Below are positions 24,488-44,078 of a stretch of 64,000 bases of DNA, in pieces; position 1 is the first letter of the stretch, and the number at the start of each line of letters is the position of its first letter. Origin of the DNA: Eledone cirrhosa (Eukaryota). The notes under the pieces were generated by a model, which worked only from the letters and a program-made list of their open reading frames with translations, was not told the DNA's origin and did not search any database. The translations under genes were made by a program, and so were the position numbers. The stretch is from assembly GCA_964016885.1 (NCBI GenBank), contig CAXHJY010000995.1:1-64000 (forward strand). The letters run 5' to 3'.

Positions 24488-24889
24488 GCAAGGCGGGTCT
24501 TCAGTAATACAGAAGACCCGCCTTGCCTATGTACAAAGCGAAACCTACAGTCAGTAGGCACCTCTTAACCAAATATACACCCCAATCCACTACCCCTACC
24601 CTATCCTCCCACTCCCACCAACAGCATGAGAAAATGAGATCGAGATCGTGTAGGTGTCACAAGAAAAAACAGTCCATGCTGTAATGTGGCCGTGTAGGTA
24701 ACACTGTAAATAGTTCCCAGTTCCACACTGTAAATGTGGTTGGTGTTAGGAAGGACATCCAGCCGTAGAAAACCTGCCAGATAGTCCTATATGAGCGGGA
24801 CACGGTCACCCGACCAGTCTTGCCTCAAGTAGGACAACTCCCGTCTAACCCATGCTAGCGTGGAAAATGGACGTTAAACGATGATGATG
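24484..24889 (+). mobile_element. RTE LINE 3'UTR copy with a 19-bp inverted duplication at its 5' junction
   Basis: Homologous to the reverse complement of 18970-19380. Arms 24484-24502 / 24512-24530; ends ggacgttaaacgatgatgatg. Confidence 0.85.
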
Positions 24890-24919
24890 GATATATATAT
24901 ATATATATATATATGTACA

Positions 24920-25014
24920 AATTAAAGTTTAAGCAAAGAATCACTGCTTTCGCCCTTCTATGGGATCTTCTGAAACTGAAGTCCTCTTTGGATTTTAGTC
25001 TTCACATTTATTAT

Positions 25015-25020
<6 letters not shown>
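24920..25020. mobile_element. Family-1 mini-element: hammerhead-like motif (- strand) joined to the tail end (+ strand)
   Basis: Minus: agttt CAGAAGA t-ccc-atagaa-ggg-c GAAA gca..tgc TT aaact. Plus: cctctttggattttagtcttc..attattactat. Confidence 0.65.
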
Positions 25021-25058
<38 letters not shown>

Positions 25059-25239
25059 AATAACCAATTTAGACTTATAACATGATTTTACTCTGTGTAC
25101 GTTTCAATTTAGAAATTTCATTCTGCTTTTTGTGTTACTGATTAACCAAAGATACTGATTAGTATTGAACTTCTATAATGTTTACCAGGATATATATTGG
25201 TAAACTCCAATATAACCTAACATATACATACATATATAT

Positions 25240-25560
25240 AGGCACATGGCTTAGTGGTTAGAGCCTTGCAATCGAAAGGTTGTGAGTTCAATTCTCAGAC
25301 CGGGTGATGTGTTGTTTCCTTGAGCAAGACACTTTATTTCACATTGCTCCAGTTTACTCAGCTGTAGAAATGAGATAGAGACTGGGGTCCCTATCATTCC
25401 ACTGCAAAGTGGTCATGGAGGTGCCACGGCAAAAAAAGCACCCAGCACTCGCTGTAAATGAGGTTGGTGTTAGGAAGGGCATCCAGCTGTAGAAATCAAG
25501 CCAGAATCAGTTCCTGTCCCACCCTTGCAAGCAGGGAAAAAGCGGACGTAAAATGATGAT
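25240..25560 (+). mobile_element. SINE family A
   Basis: Matches 3787-4136. Confidence 0.9.
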
Positions 25561-25859
25561 ATATATATGTGTATGTATGTGTTCTTATGGCGTTTCACCT
25601 GTATATTCAGAGGATTATCAGAATAGACTCTTGTCGGACGATCCTGTGAGTACACAAGTGAAACTCCATAGTAACAAGACTCACCACTTACCTATAATAA
25701 AGAGTATTTAAACTCTTTGGTATTGAGTACTCATTTTCACCTCTGTCAATATGGCACAGATAAAAGTCACCAGCTACTTGTAGCTGGTAGAACATTTTAA
25801 ATTCTCAGCTCTTCTGGCTATGACAATGGAGAGATATATGATTATACACTTGTATGTGT

Positions 25860-25891
<32 letters not shown>

Positions 25892-25893
<2 letters not shown>

Positions 25894-26085
25894 CGAAGGA
25901 AATGTGGTAAGGAACCAGGTGGACCATAACGCACCAAAGTACTCAATACTTGGGGTAGTAGAGTGGGTAATAGGAACGAGTAGGACCCCGACGGTTGAGC
26001 TCAAGCCGTTTTGACGGCTAATTCTGGACAGTCCAGAATTAGCCGTCGAAATGGCTTGAGCTCAGCCGTCGGGGTCCTACTCGTT

Positions 26086-26090
<5 letters not shown>
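25892..26090. mobile_element. Tail + fold-back mini-element (family 4b)
   Basis: ~60-bp arms around a 1-nt centre at 26030; near-identical to 15604-15812. Confidence 0.75.
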
Positions 26091-26128
<38 letters not shown>

Positions 26129-26457
26129 TATATGTACATTTAGGTTTGTTGGTTCACCACTGGATAGAACTGGCCATTCCATATGGTCAACCTCGATATA
26201 ATATTAGGGAGTGCACTCGAAGGCGGTCGTCCTGACTAGAAACTACTAAATGTGTGGCCGCCTTCCTGTCTTTGCCTTTTCAGCCCTATGGATCATACTC
26301 CTTTGTTAAATTTCGAATACCTGATGTCACCAGATTCATACTGAACCCGGTCATTGAAATGTTCATAGTATAGTAAACCTTTAAGGAATTACACCTGTCC
26401 AGCCTCCTGTTATTTTATATATACACATATATATATAAATAAATGTGTGTCTATATA

Positions 26458-26504
<47 letters not shown>

Positions 26505-26515
26505 GTGTCTATATA

Positions 26516-26570
<55 letters not shown>

Positions 26571-26591
26571 GTGTGTCTATATATGTGTGCG

Positions 26592-26624
<33 letters not shown>

Positions 26625-26635
26625 GTGTGTCTATA

Positions 26636-26708
<73 letters not shown>

Positions 26709-27091
26709 CTATATATGTATCTGTGAAACAGTAGTAGAATACATTTGCTTGATTATAAAACAATGGTTTAATATCTATTTTTTTCTTTGTTTACCCCTGC
26801 CCACATACATATATATATCTGATTAGTTTTTTTCATTGTATTTGGTATTGTGTGGCTCGGCCTGCCTGCCGCAATTTTCATTTTGTCAAGCAGTCTAAAC
26901 ATATGTTATTACTCTAAGGGCCTACCTTATTGAATGCTTTGCTGTTCATTCCTAATTGTAGGTCGTTAGCTTAGCCACAGCCAAAGCTTCGATTTTACTA
27001 AGCTTCCACTTATATATATATTTCTTTCGTATTCGCCTCATTCGGGAAACCTCTGGTAATGAGGTAATTATATTGTATTGATTTTTATACA

Positions 27092-27122
<31 letters not shown>

Positions 27123-27299
27123 GTGTGTGTGAATGTGTGTAAACAATGGAGGTTTAATGAGCTTTTTTTAACTAATGAATAATTAATAAGAAATAGTAGT
27201 GCATTACCATGGTGACAAATAAGATCTTGTATGTGTAGCATGATTTAATTTGCTGGATTTCTAAGTTTGAACAGTAATCAAGATGAAAGCTGAGACAGT

Positions 27300-27735
27300 C
27301 TTGTTATTGTTTAACCTCAGATGAGACTTGTTTGAGTAGTGTAGTTGCTGTTTGATTCCAGATTAACTCTGATTGAACTGACCCATGATCTGTTGTTGTT
27401 TAAATCCAGATCAACTCTGTTTGAGCTGATCCATGATCTGTTGTTGTTTAATTCCCGCCCAGCTCTGGTTGAGTAGTGTAGTTGGTTGAGCTGACCCGTG
27501 ATCTGTTGTTTAATCCCAGATCAACTCTGGTTGAGTAGTGTAGTTGGTTGAGCTGACCTGTGATCTGTTGTTTAATCCCAGATCAACTCTGGTTGAGTAG
27601 TGTAGTTGTTGTTTAGCCTTCAGATCAAACTTGGTTGAGCTGACCTGTGATCTGTTGTTTAATCCCTGATCATCTCTGATCAGCCTTGGTTGAGCAGTGT
27701 AATTGTTTAATCCCAGATCAGCCCTGTTTGAGCAG
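27300..27735. repeat. Degenerate ~58-bp tandem repeat
   Basis: Recurring gttgagctgacc.gtgatctgttgtttaatcccagatcaactctggttgagtagtgtagtt. Confidence 0.75.
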
Positions 27736-28123
27736 AATAAGCTGTTGTTCTTTGTCAATTCTTAGATTCCCTGATCTTCCTCCCAAGCATCATTCTTGAA
27801 AACCACTAACTCTGTATACAAGGTTTGATGTATTGTAAGTTAAGTGTGGTTGTGCTAGCCAGGAAAACATGTTAAATGATTGTGTGTGTGTGTGTGTGAG
27901 AAAACTAAATCAACAGCTGATGTTTTTAATATTAACATATTAACATATTAACATATTAAACAATATAGTCTTTGAGAACAAAAGAATGAAATGTGAAACT
28001 AACATGTTACCAAATATATGCCTCACTGAATATACATCCTCTTTATAAATTGTTCTATAGAAACACATGCACATATCTAATAGAAATAGGTGTGCATGTT
28101 AATGTATTTATATATGTTTCTAC

Positions 28124-28160
<37 letters not shown>

Positions 28161-28182
28161 ACACACATATATATATATATGT

Positions 28183-28183
28183 G

Positions 28184-28224
<41 letters not shown>

Positions 28225-28268
28225 TATATATATATATATTATATGTACATATATATATATATATTATA

Positions 28269-28312
<44 letters not shown>

Positions 28313-28860
28313 TATAATATATATGTACATATAATATATATATATATATGTACATATAATATATATATATATATGTACATATAATATATATATATATATG
28401 TACATATAATATATATATATATATATGTACATATAATATATATATATATATATGTACATATAATATATATATATATATATGTACATATAATATATATATA
28501 TATATATATGTACATATAATATATATATATATATATGTACATATAATATATATATATATATATGTACATATAATATATATATATATATATGTACATATAA
28601 TATATATATATATATATATGTACATATAATATATATATATATATATATGTACATATAATATATATATATATATATGTACATATAATATATATATATATAT
28701 ATATGTACATATAATATATATATATATATATATGTACATATAATATATATATATATATATGTACATATAATATATATATATATATATGTACATATAATAT
28801 ATATATATATATGTACATATAATATATATATATATATATGTATATATATATGTACATATA
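28183..28860. repeat. Compound repeat GTACATATAA + (TA)n
   Basis: About 20 or more units visible directly. Confidence 0.9.
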
Positions 28861-28864
28861 TATC

Positions 28865-29048
28865 AGAATAGAGGTGGTAAAAGCCAGTTAGACTATTACT
28901 TGCCAGAGTACTTGATACTTGGGGTAGTAGAGCAGATATGAAAAATTCATGACCCTGAAGGCTGAGCTTCGGCCGTTTCAACAGCTAGATCCGAACTAGC
29001 TGTTGAAAAAGCCGGTGCTCAGCTGGCAGGGTCATGAATTTTTCATAT
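28865..29048. mobile_element. Tail + fold-back mini-element (family 4, diverged)
   Basis: Tail ccagttagactattacttgccagagtacttgatac; arms atatgaaaaattcatgaccctg.. / ..cagggtcatgaatttttcatat; minus strand GAAA-CGGCCG. Confidence 0.65.
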
Positions 29049-29560
29049 ATATTTTTAAACATACAGTATATTATCAAATATAATATACATACATTCATAT
29101 ATACATTGCTATTTCGGAGCACCAATACTAATCTCTAATTTTTGCTGGACCAGCAATCGCTCTGTTTAATCAGCTTAGACATTACTGGAATTCTATAAGA
29201 ATCCAGCTTCTATAATTCTCGGCAGAAGCAAAGGAGTGAGTGATCATGATAACCGGTAACGAGCGAGAAACAGGACTGTCGATTACTCCCCTTTGTTTTT
29301 GTCAAGAATAAGTAAGTGACATAGGGACTACTTTAAAATTCATAGCAAATGGTCTTCAAAATGTTTCTAATTAAACATACAGTATATTATCAAATATACT
29401 ATACATACATTCATATATATATATGTTTTCTACTAGTGTACGTATATATGTATGTCCATGTTTTCTACTAGTATATGTATGTCGTTTTCATTTTGTGATG
29501 ATTTTTCTGTTATTTTCCTCTGAAACTGTTATCTAATTCTGTTTTATTTTCTCTTTCCAG

Positions 29561-29578
29561 AACTGCCGGCTGAGGAAG
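29561..29578 (+). CDS. SERCA: SERCA Ca2+-ATPase 18-nt micro-exon (equivalent to vertebrate ATP2A exon 2), (E)LPAEE(G)
   Basis: Pyrimidine-rich acceptor ttttctctttccag | AA CTG CCG GCT GAG GAA G | gtaggt donor. Size, phase (1/1) and peptide match the ELPAEEG micro-exon of ATP2A genes, and it joins in frame to 40337. Confidence 0.93.
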
Positions 29579-29676
29579 GTAGGTTCTTTTCTGATTTCCA
29601 TCAAATTCCACCATCTTACCACTTTCATCTTGACACTCTTCTAAACATATTCCTCTTTTAACATCTAGTAAGTGGT

Positions 29677-30267
29677 TGACAACTCTCACTTGCAATGTGG
29701 TCAACATCTGGTCGGCATCTCATTGCAACAGATGACAACTCTCACTTGCACTGTGGTCAACATCTGGTCAGCATCTCATTGCACCAGATGACGACTCTCA
29801 CTTGCAATGTGGTCAACATCTGGTCGGCATCTCATTGTAACAGATGACAACTCACTTGCACTGTGGTCAACATCTGGTCAGCATCTCATTGTAACAGATG
29901 ACAACTCTCACTTGCACTGTGGTCAACATCTGGTCAGCATCTCATTGCAACAGATGACAACTCTCACTTGCACTGTGGTCAACATCTGGTCAGCATCTCA
30001 TTGCAACAGATGACAACTCTCACTTGCACTGTGGTCAACATCTGGTCAGCATCTCATTGCAACAGATGACAACTCTCACTTGCACTGTGGTCAACATCTG
30101 GTCAGCATCTCATTGCAACAGATGACAACTCTCACTTGCACTGTGGTCAACATCTGGTCAGCATCTCATTGCAACAGATGACAACTCTCACTTGCACTGT
30201 GGTCAACATCTGGTCAGCATCTCATTGTAACAGATGACAACTCTCACTTGCACTGTGATCAACATCT
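29677..30267. repeat. 56-bp minisatellite, ~10.5 copies
   Basis: Unit gatgacaactctcacttgcactgtggtcaacatctggtcagcatctcattgcaaca. Confidence 0.95.
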
Positions 30268-30495
30268 AGATACGTGCACCAGATGTCACCCCGAAGTGAG
30301 TGGGTTGTATTTTCTAACTTACTCCTCAGCTGCAGATATTTCAGTGTTGGATCAATTGTGGCTTAGTTATATATTTCATTCATTTTAATTATCAAATGAA
30401 CGACTTGCTGAAAACGGCAACAGCTGGGCATGAGGATGTCTGAAATACATGAATTAAGGGGGGGGGGGGATGACACTTTTTTCTTTGGTTTTCTT

Positions 30496-30707
30496 TTAAT
30501 CCTTTACCATTCTATATTTACTATTGTATTTTCATGATAAACTCTTTATCTCAAAAAATTATCTGGCATAATATTGAATTGGAGATTTTGATATTATTTA
30601 TTTTGAGAACAATACCTTAACATAAGTGTAAGCAGACAGCTTGTTTGAACAGAAATAGGTGGGAGAATTCTAGCCGGATACAGCTGGTTTAAATATTAAA
30701 GGGTTAA
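30496..30707. mobile_element. piggyBac-type MITE
   Basis: ttaatcctttaccatt ... aaatattaaagggttaa; body matches 22197. Confidence 0.7.
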
Positions 30708-31076
30708 AGCTATCTGTGGCCCCTTGGTTCATCGGATCAGGTGAATTGCCCCTAGGTTAATATGTAAAAATAAACCCTCTAAAGGGACATGCTACACTCA
30801 CTGAAAATCTCTTTAAATAGAGCACAATGTTTGTGTGTACTATCTGTCCAGGAAAACCATGTAGAGGCTTGCTCACTGACTCGTAATCTTCATAATTATT
30901 ACGGTCAGTAACGGTGATAGCTGTGGTCAAATGTCACTGGCTTTATTTATTGTATCTCTCTTTCCATTTTTCTCTTTCCGATTCTATTCCGATATCTGCT
31001 GATGATCTCTTGCAAGAAGTCAAATCAAAAATGTCAGCTTGAATCATATTAACAGCTCTTTCTCTCTCTTTCTCTC

Positions 31077-31141
<65 letters not shown>

Positions 31142-31649
31142 ATCTCTTTTTCTTTCTCTATCTCTTTTTCTTTCTCTCTTTCTTTCTCTTTCTTTCTCTT
31201 TCTTTCTCTTTCTTTCTCTTTCTTTCTCTCTCTTTCTCTCGTTCGTTCTCTCTTTCTTTCTCTCATTCGTTCTCTCTTTATCTCACTCGTTCGCTCTCTT
31301 TCTCTCGTTCGCTCGTTCTTTCTCTCTCACACACATTAGCCCCCTCCCCTCTCCTCCATCCAACCCCCTCTATTACAGAAAGGAAAAAAGCCCGACCCAA
31401 ACACTCTGACTAAATGACTATCCTGTGACATTTAAATCTAGTTAAGAATTATTAATATTGTGTATTTATTAATATCTATTAGATGGTTGTTTGATATAGT
31501 TTGACAGCATTCCGTTTCTCTCTCATACTCTGAAGAGGAGGAAGGAGGTTCAACGACTTGACACTATAAGTTTGGGGCGGGGAAGAATTTTTATTGATTG
31601 GATTTAGTTGAACGGGAAAAACAACACTCAATAAATGGCTAGTGATTCT

Positions 31650-31960
31650 GTAATCAGTGTTGGACAACATACTTAGTGGCATAGAGTTATGGCTCTTTAC
31701 ATTTTGAGTTCAAATCCCGCCGAGGTTAGCTTTACTTTTCATCGTCGATAAAATAGAATAAAATAAAGTACCAGTAATGCACTGGGGGTAATTGTTGGCT
31801 TTGTGCCAAAAGTAGAAACAATTATTCTAGTGGATTGGCAGAATCAGTGGAGTGTTGGACGCCATGCTTTGCATCATAGTTACAGCCTTTTTCGTTCTGA
31901 GTTCAAATCCCACTGAGGTTAGCTTTACCTTTTATGGGGTCAATGAAATAAAGTATCAGG
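31650..31960 (+). mobile_element. Two tandem family-B SINE copies
   Basis: gagttcaaatccc.c.gaggttagctttac occurs twice. Confidence 0.7.
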
Positions 31961-31989
31961 GTATTTGTTGGGATGAAGCTAGGCAAGGA

Positions 31990-32470
31990 ATGCTGTCAGG
32001 CAGGACCCCTAAGGAGTGCTGTCAGGCAGGAACCCTAAGGACTGCTGTCAGGCAGGACCCTAAGGACTGCTGTCAGGCAGGAACCCTAAGGACTGCTGTC
32101 AGGCAGGACCCTAAGGAGTGCTGTCAGGCAGGAACCCTAAGGAGTGCTGTCAGGCAGGAACCCTAAGGAGTGCTGTCAGGCAGGAACCCTAAGGAGTGCT
32201 GTCAGGCAGGAACCCTAAGGACTGCTGTCAGGCAGGAACCCTAAGGACTGCTGTCAGGCAGGACCCCTAAGGACTGCTGTCAGGCAGGACCCCTAAGGAC
32301 TGCTGTCAGGCAGGACCCCTAAGGAGTGCTGTCAGGCAAGACCCCTAAAGTGCTGCCAGGCAGGACCCCTAAGGAGTGCTGTAAGGCAAGACCCCTAAAG
32401 TGCTGCCAGGCAGGAACCCTAAGGAGTGCTATCAGCAAGACCCCTAAGGAGTGCTGTCAGGCAGGACCCT
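31990..32470. repeat. ~26-bp minisatellite, ~18 copies
   Basis: Unit tgctgtcaggcagga(a/c)ccctaagga(g/c). Confidence 0.95.
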
Positions 32471-33010
32471 TAATTAGTGATCAATTGTATCCTGTATAAT
32501 CTAAAACTGGATGATGATGGATGCACTCTGGTTGATTTAGCAATTTAGCATTTAATCCGACCGTTTCCCATTAGTTCTCTTACCCTGTTTCTGTTCAAAC
32601 TAGTTGTAATCGGTCATTCATACTGATGTTAAGGTATTGTTCCCAAAATCATATCAAAATCTCATAGATTTGATATTGAGATAATTCTGTGAAAATACAA
32701 TAGTATATATATAGTGATGTAAATGGTAAAGGGTTGACTTCCCCTTTCCTCATTGCTGGCCTTGTGCCTAAATCAGAAACCATCATTCTACTGGTTTCAG
32801 TCAGGAGACAGCTGCAATACTGGAGCACCTCAGTCATGAAGCTACTAATGTCTTAAGTAGCCAAGAGCTTCATGTCTGGGATGGCAGTGGGGTACTCTTC
32901 AAACTAGGTACTCCTACTCCTTGTGTGGTGAGAAGTAGGGTACTCTTGAAACTAGGTATTCCTACAGACAAGCATTCATGATAGACATCATACCCATCAT
33001 GGGGACCTTT

Positions 33011-33642
33011 TTAACCCTTTAATGTTCAAACCAGCCAAAACTGGCCAGAATTCTCTACATCTTTCTGTTGAAACTGGCTGTAACTAGCCACTCAAACTGA
33101 TGTTAAGGTATTGTTCTCAAAATAAATACTTTCAAGATCTCATAGATTCGATATTATGTGAGGTAAAGCCTTTACCATGAAAATATAATTGTTTCTACTT
33201 TTGGCACAAGGTCAGCAATTACCCAGTGTATTACTGGTACTTTTTATCGACCCCCGTAAGGATGAAAGGCAAAGTTAACCTCGGTGGGATTTGAACACAG
33301 AATGGCAAGGGCCATAACTCTATGCGTCAGAGCATGGCGTCCAACCCTCTACCAATACTGCCAATCCACCGCCCTTTACTATAAAAATATAATTGTTTCT
33401 ACTTTTGGCACAAGGCCATCAAATTACTCAGTACATTACTGGTACTTTATTTTATCGACCCCGTAAGGATGAAAGGCAAAGTTAACCTCGGCGGGATTTG
33501 AACTCTCACCGTAAAGGGAGGACGTAACTATGCTGGAAAGCATGGCGTCCGACTCTCTACCAATACTGCCAATCCACACCCTTTACCATAAAAATATAAT
33601 AGTATATATATATATAGAGTAATGTGAATGCCAAAGAGTTAA
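33011..33642. mobile_element. piggyBac-type MITE interrupted by two family-B SINEs (- strand)
   Basis: ttaaccctttaatg ... aatgccaaagagttaa; the 21-bp cctttaccatgaaaatataat occurs three times (33169, 33373, 33580). Confidence 0.8.
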
Positions 33643-33918
33643 GGCAGTGTTTTATGCCTGATACCCTTCTTTGAGCTAAGCTAACCTGAGCCTTCAGTCA
33701 CCTGTTACAGGGATCAAGTATTCCTCATCTAAACTAGATGTAGCCAGCAAAATGAGGTTTACTTATACACTGAAGAATAATTCACCATTATCATTATTTT
33801 GTCTGGATATTAGTGGGTTGGCCGGTAGAATGGTGGGCCCATGCTGAGTGGCATTAGAGTTAAGCCACTTGGCAGTCTGAGTTCAAATCACACAGATGTT
33901 AACTTTGCCTTTCTTCCA

Positions 33919-40431
<6,513 letters not shown>

Positions 40432-41149
40432 TAATTCCCTACTCTTTCAATCGTCATTAAATTGATATAAAACATTCATATTAACCCTTTATGTACTTGA
40501 TACACTAAACTACCTGAAATCACATTTGGACCTTTCATGTGGCTTAGTGGTTTGTGTTCAGCTCACACCCATAAAGTTTTGTATTCCTGGGCCCAGTGGT
40601 ATCTTGAGCTTTTTCATATTGCTCCAGTTCTCTCAACTGGCAAAAATGAACTGTATCTGTAATTGAAAGGGCCAGCCTTGTCACACAGTGTGTGTGTTAT
40701 GAGGAATCTCCCTGAGAACTATATTAAGGGTGTATGTGTCTCACGAGCAGAATGGCAACATTCAATTTGATTTCGACTGAGCTACCAACAATAAATACCA
40801 GTGAAAAAACATTTACCTAGAGTTATTCAGTTTCTTCTGTCTGAGTTTGTAGATGTGGATAAATGTGCAGCATTGTAATTTAGCAATGAGTGTTTGGAGG
40901 CAGCTTTTGCAGATCTATTACCTGCCTCAAAAAAGAAAAAAATTATATTTTATTGATCCTGGAAGTGACTTAAGACATTTGTTATCACCCCTGCACAGGA
41001 TTTGAACTCGGGGTGTAACGGACCGTATAATTGAGAAAATGTCTCGAATCAAGGCACCCATTACACTCGGATGAATGTGGGAATGTATGTAAGCAAGTCT
41101 TTAGTTATCAGTCTTCTTAATATATGGTTGATGAAAATATATGTATATA

Positions 41150-41700
41150 AAAGCACTCAGGCCGCACTGTAAAGTGGTCGTGTGGGTGTCAAGCCAAAAA
41201 GTACCCAGTCTACACTGTAAAGTGGTCGTGTGGGTGTCAAGCCAAAAAGTACCCAGTCTACACTGTAAAGTGGTTGTGTGGGTGTCAAGCCAAAAAGTAC
41301 CCAGTCTACACTGTAAGGTGGTTGTGTGGGTGTCAAGCCAAAAAGTACCCAGTCTACACTGTAAAGTGGTCGTGTGGGTGTCAAGCCAAAAAGTACCCAG
41401 TCTACACTGTAAAGTGGTCATGTGGGTGTCAAGCCAAAAAGTACCCAGTCTACACTGTAAAGTGGTCGTGTAGGTGTCACAACAAAAAGCACTCAGTCTA
41501 CTCTGTAAAGTGGTTGTGTAGGAGTCGCAACAAAAAGCACCCAGTTCTCACTGTAAATGTAGTTGGTGTTAGGAAGGGCATCCAGCTGTAGAAATTCTGC
41601 CGAAAACAGTTCTATCTGACCAAAACTGCGTCACCTGACTGAGACAACCCGTCTAACCCATGCTAGCGTGGAAAGTGGACGTTAAACGATAATGACGATT
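41150..41700 (+). mobile_element. RTE-type 3'UTR with an expanded internal 48-bp minisatellite (~7 copies)
   Basis: Unit cactgtaaagtggtcgtgtgggtgtcaagccaaaaagtacccagtcta runs into gtgttaggaagggcatccagc...ggacgttaaacgat. Confidence 0.85.
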
Positions 41701-42561
41701 TAGTGCCCTGTGAAAAAGTCACCATGTCGCAGTCGTATTTGTGGTCGGTAGTAAAATATCTGTATTTACTATCTATGTATTTACTATCTGGTGAAAAGCG
41801 CCATGCTGCAGGCCTTGAGCTAAATAATCGTCTGTATTTCAGTCTGCTTTTGGAAACCCTTAGGTGTCACAGCTCTTAGAGAAGGAAAAAGTTAGGTAGT
41901 GATGGAGAGAGTGAGAAGGAATGTGAGGGAGAGACCTTCAAACCTGTGCCTCTTCTGACCTTCATACTGTTATGCCTGGATACATACATATACGTACAAG
42001 CACACACACACACACACACACACACATACATACACACATACATACATACATACATACATACATAAAAATAAAAGCAACTTGAACCAACTTGAAAGGAAAA
42101 CAGTCCAAGCCAATTTTAATTTGGAGATATATTTTTGTAATTAAAAACAAACCTCAATTACTAAAATGTTATTAATTACGTCATTATAATTTGTGGCAAT
42201 GTTTTGATATATCTTTTTATCTCTCTTTCTATCTCTCTCTCTCCCTTTCTTTCTCTCTTTCTATCTCTCTCTCTCCCTTTCTTTCTCTTTCTTTCTATCT
42301 CTCTCCCTTTCTCTTTCGCCCTTTCTATCCCTCTCTCTCTCCCTATCTCTCTCCCTTTCTATCCCTATATCTCTCTCCCTTTCTCTCTCTCCCTCCCTCT
42401 CTTTCTCTTTCCTTCTCTCTCATTACTTTCTCTCTCTTACTGTGTGTATGTGTATATACATGTGCATACATATATATGTATAGTTATGTGTATACGTTTG
42501 TAAGCTTATGTGTATATGTTTATGAATGTGTGGATATGTATGTGAGTATATGTGTGTGTGA

Positions 42562-42713
<152 letters not shown>

Positions 42714-43543
42714 ATAGCTGATTGCTTGTCTCAAAGAACTATTGGTTGTTTATATTCCTTTGCACGGGAGTCAGCAGCTGGCATGTATGTTTGTATTGCT
42801 AGTATGTTTGAGTGTATGTACATATGTATGCATCTGTGTATATATATATCTATGCATCTGTGTATATATATGTATGCATTTTTGTATCTTTATATATTTA
42901 TATATATATGCATGTATGTATATATGTGTGTGTGCGTAGCTTATGTATATATATATATGTATACATGTATATATATATGTAGGTGTTATTGTGTGGTAGT
43001 AGCAGTACCTCCTACTACTAAAAGATGGTGTAAGATGATAACTCAAGTGCTACATTCTCCTGTTACATAGAACACCTTCTCATCTAGAGGCTTCTTACCA
43101 CACTGCTACCACCACTACTACTACTGGTGCTACTACCACCACCACCACCACCACTATCACCTCTACTACCACCACCACCACTACTACTACTACTGGTGCT
43201 ACTACCACCACCACTATCACCTCTACTACTACCACCACCACTACTACTACTGCTGCTACCACCACCACTATCACCTCTACTACCACCATCACCACTCTTG
43301 CTGCTATAGTGCCAACCATTTTACATTCTTCCCCTGTGATGAAGCTCTCATGCTGATTGCCTCTCTCTCTCTATCTCTATCTCGCTCACACACACACATG
43401 GATGCCCCCCCCCCCACTCATATGCATGCCTGCACACACAAGTTTGTATACATACACACACACACGCACACACATGTATGCATACATTATCATCGCTTTT
43501 ACGTTTGTTTTTTCATGGGTTGGACAAATGGAAGTGCACTCAC

Positions 43544-43741
<198 letters not shown>

Positions 43742-44078
43742 TCATACATATATATATATATATATGTATATTCACATATACTTGTTTATTCAGTGCAGAA
43801 ACATATGTATGTATGTGTGTGTATACATGTGCATGCTTACGTATATACATAAATGCATGTATGCACTTGCATGTAAACACTTGAGCTTCATGCATATTAT
43901 GCACATGCATGTCTACACGCATACACATTTATACCTGCATATATATATATATATACACCTGTAGTTGATCCTCATCATCATTTAACTGGTGATGGTGGTT
44001 TGATATATATATGTCATATATTTAAAACCTATGGTCATTGTGGGGATGGTGGTGATGATGATGATTGATGTGTGTATA

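Noticed and set aside
1-29560. SERCA ATG-containing first coding exon
   Set aside because: No M(E/D)xAH...YGxN-like reading frame followed by a phase-1 donor was found by eye; probably upstream of the window, though it could have been missed.
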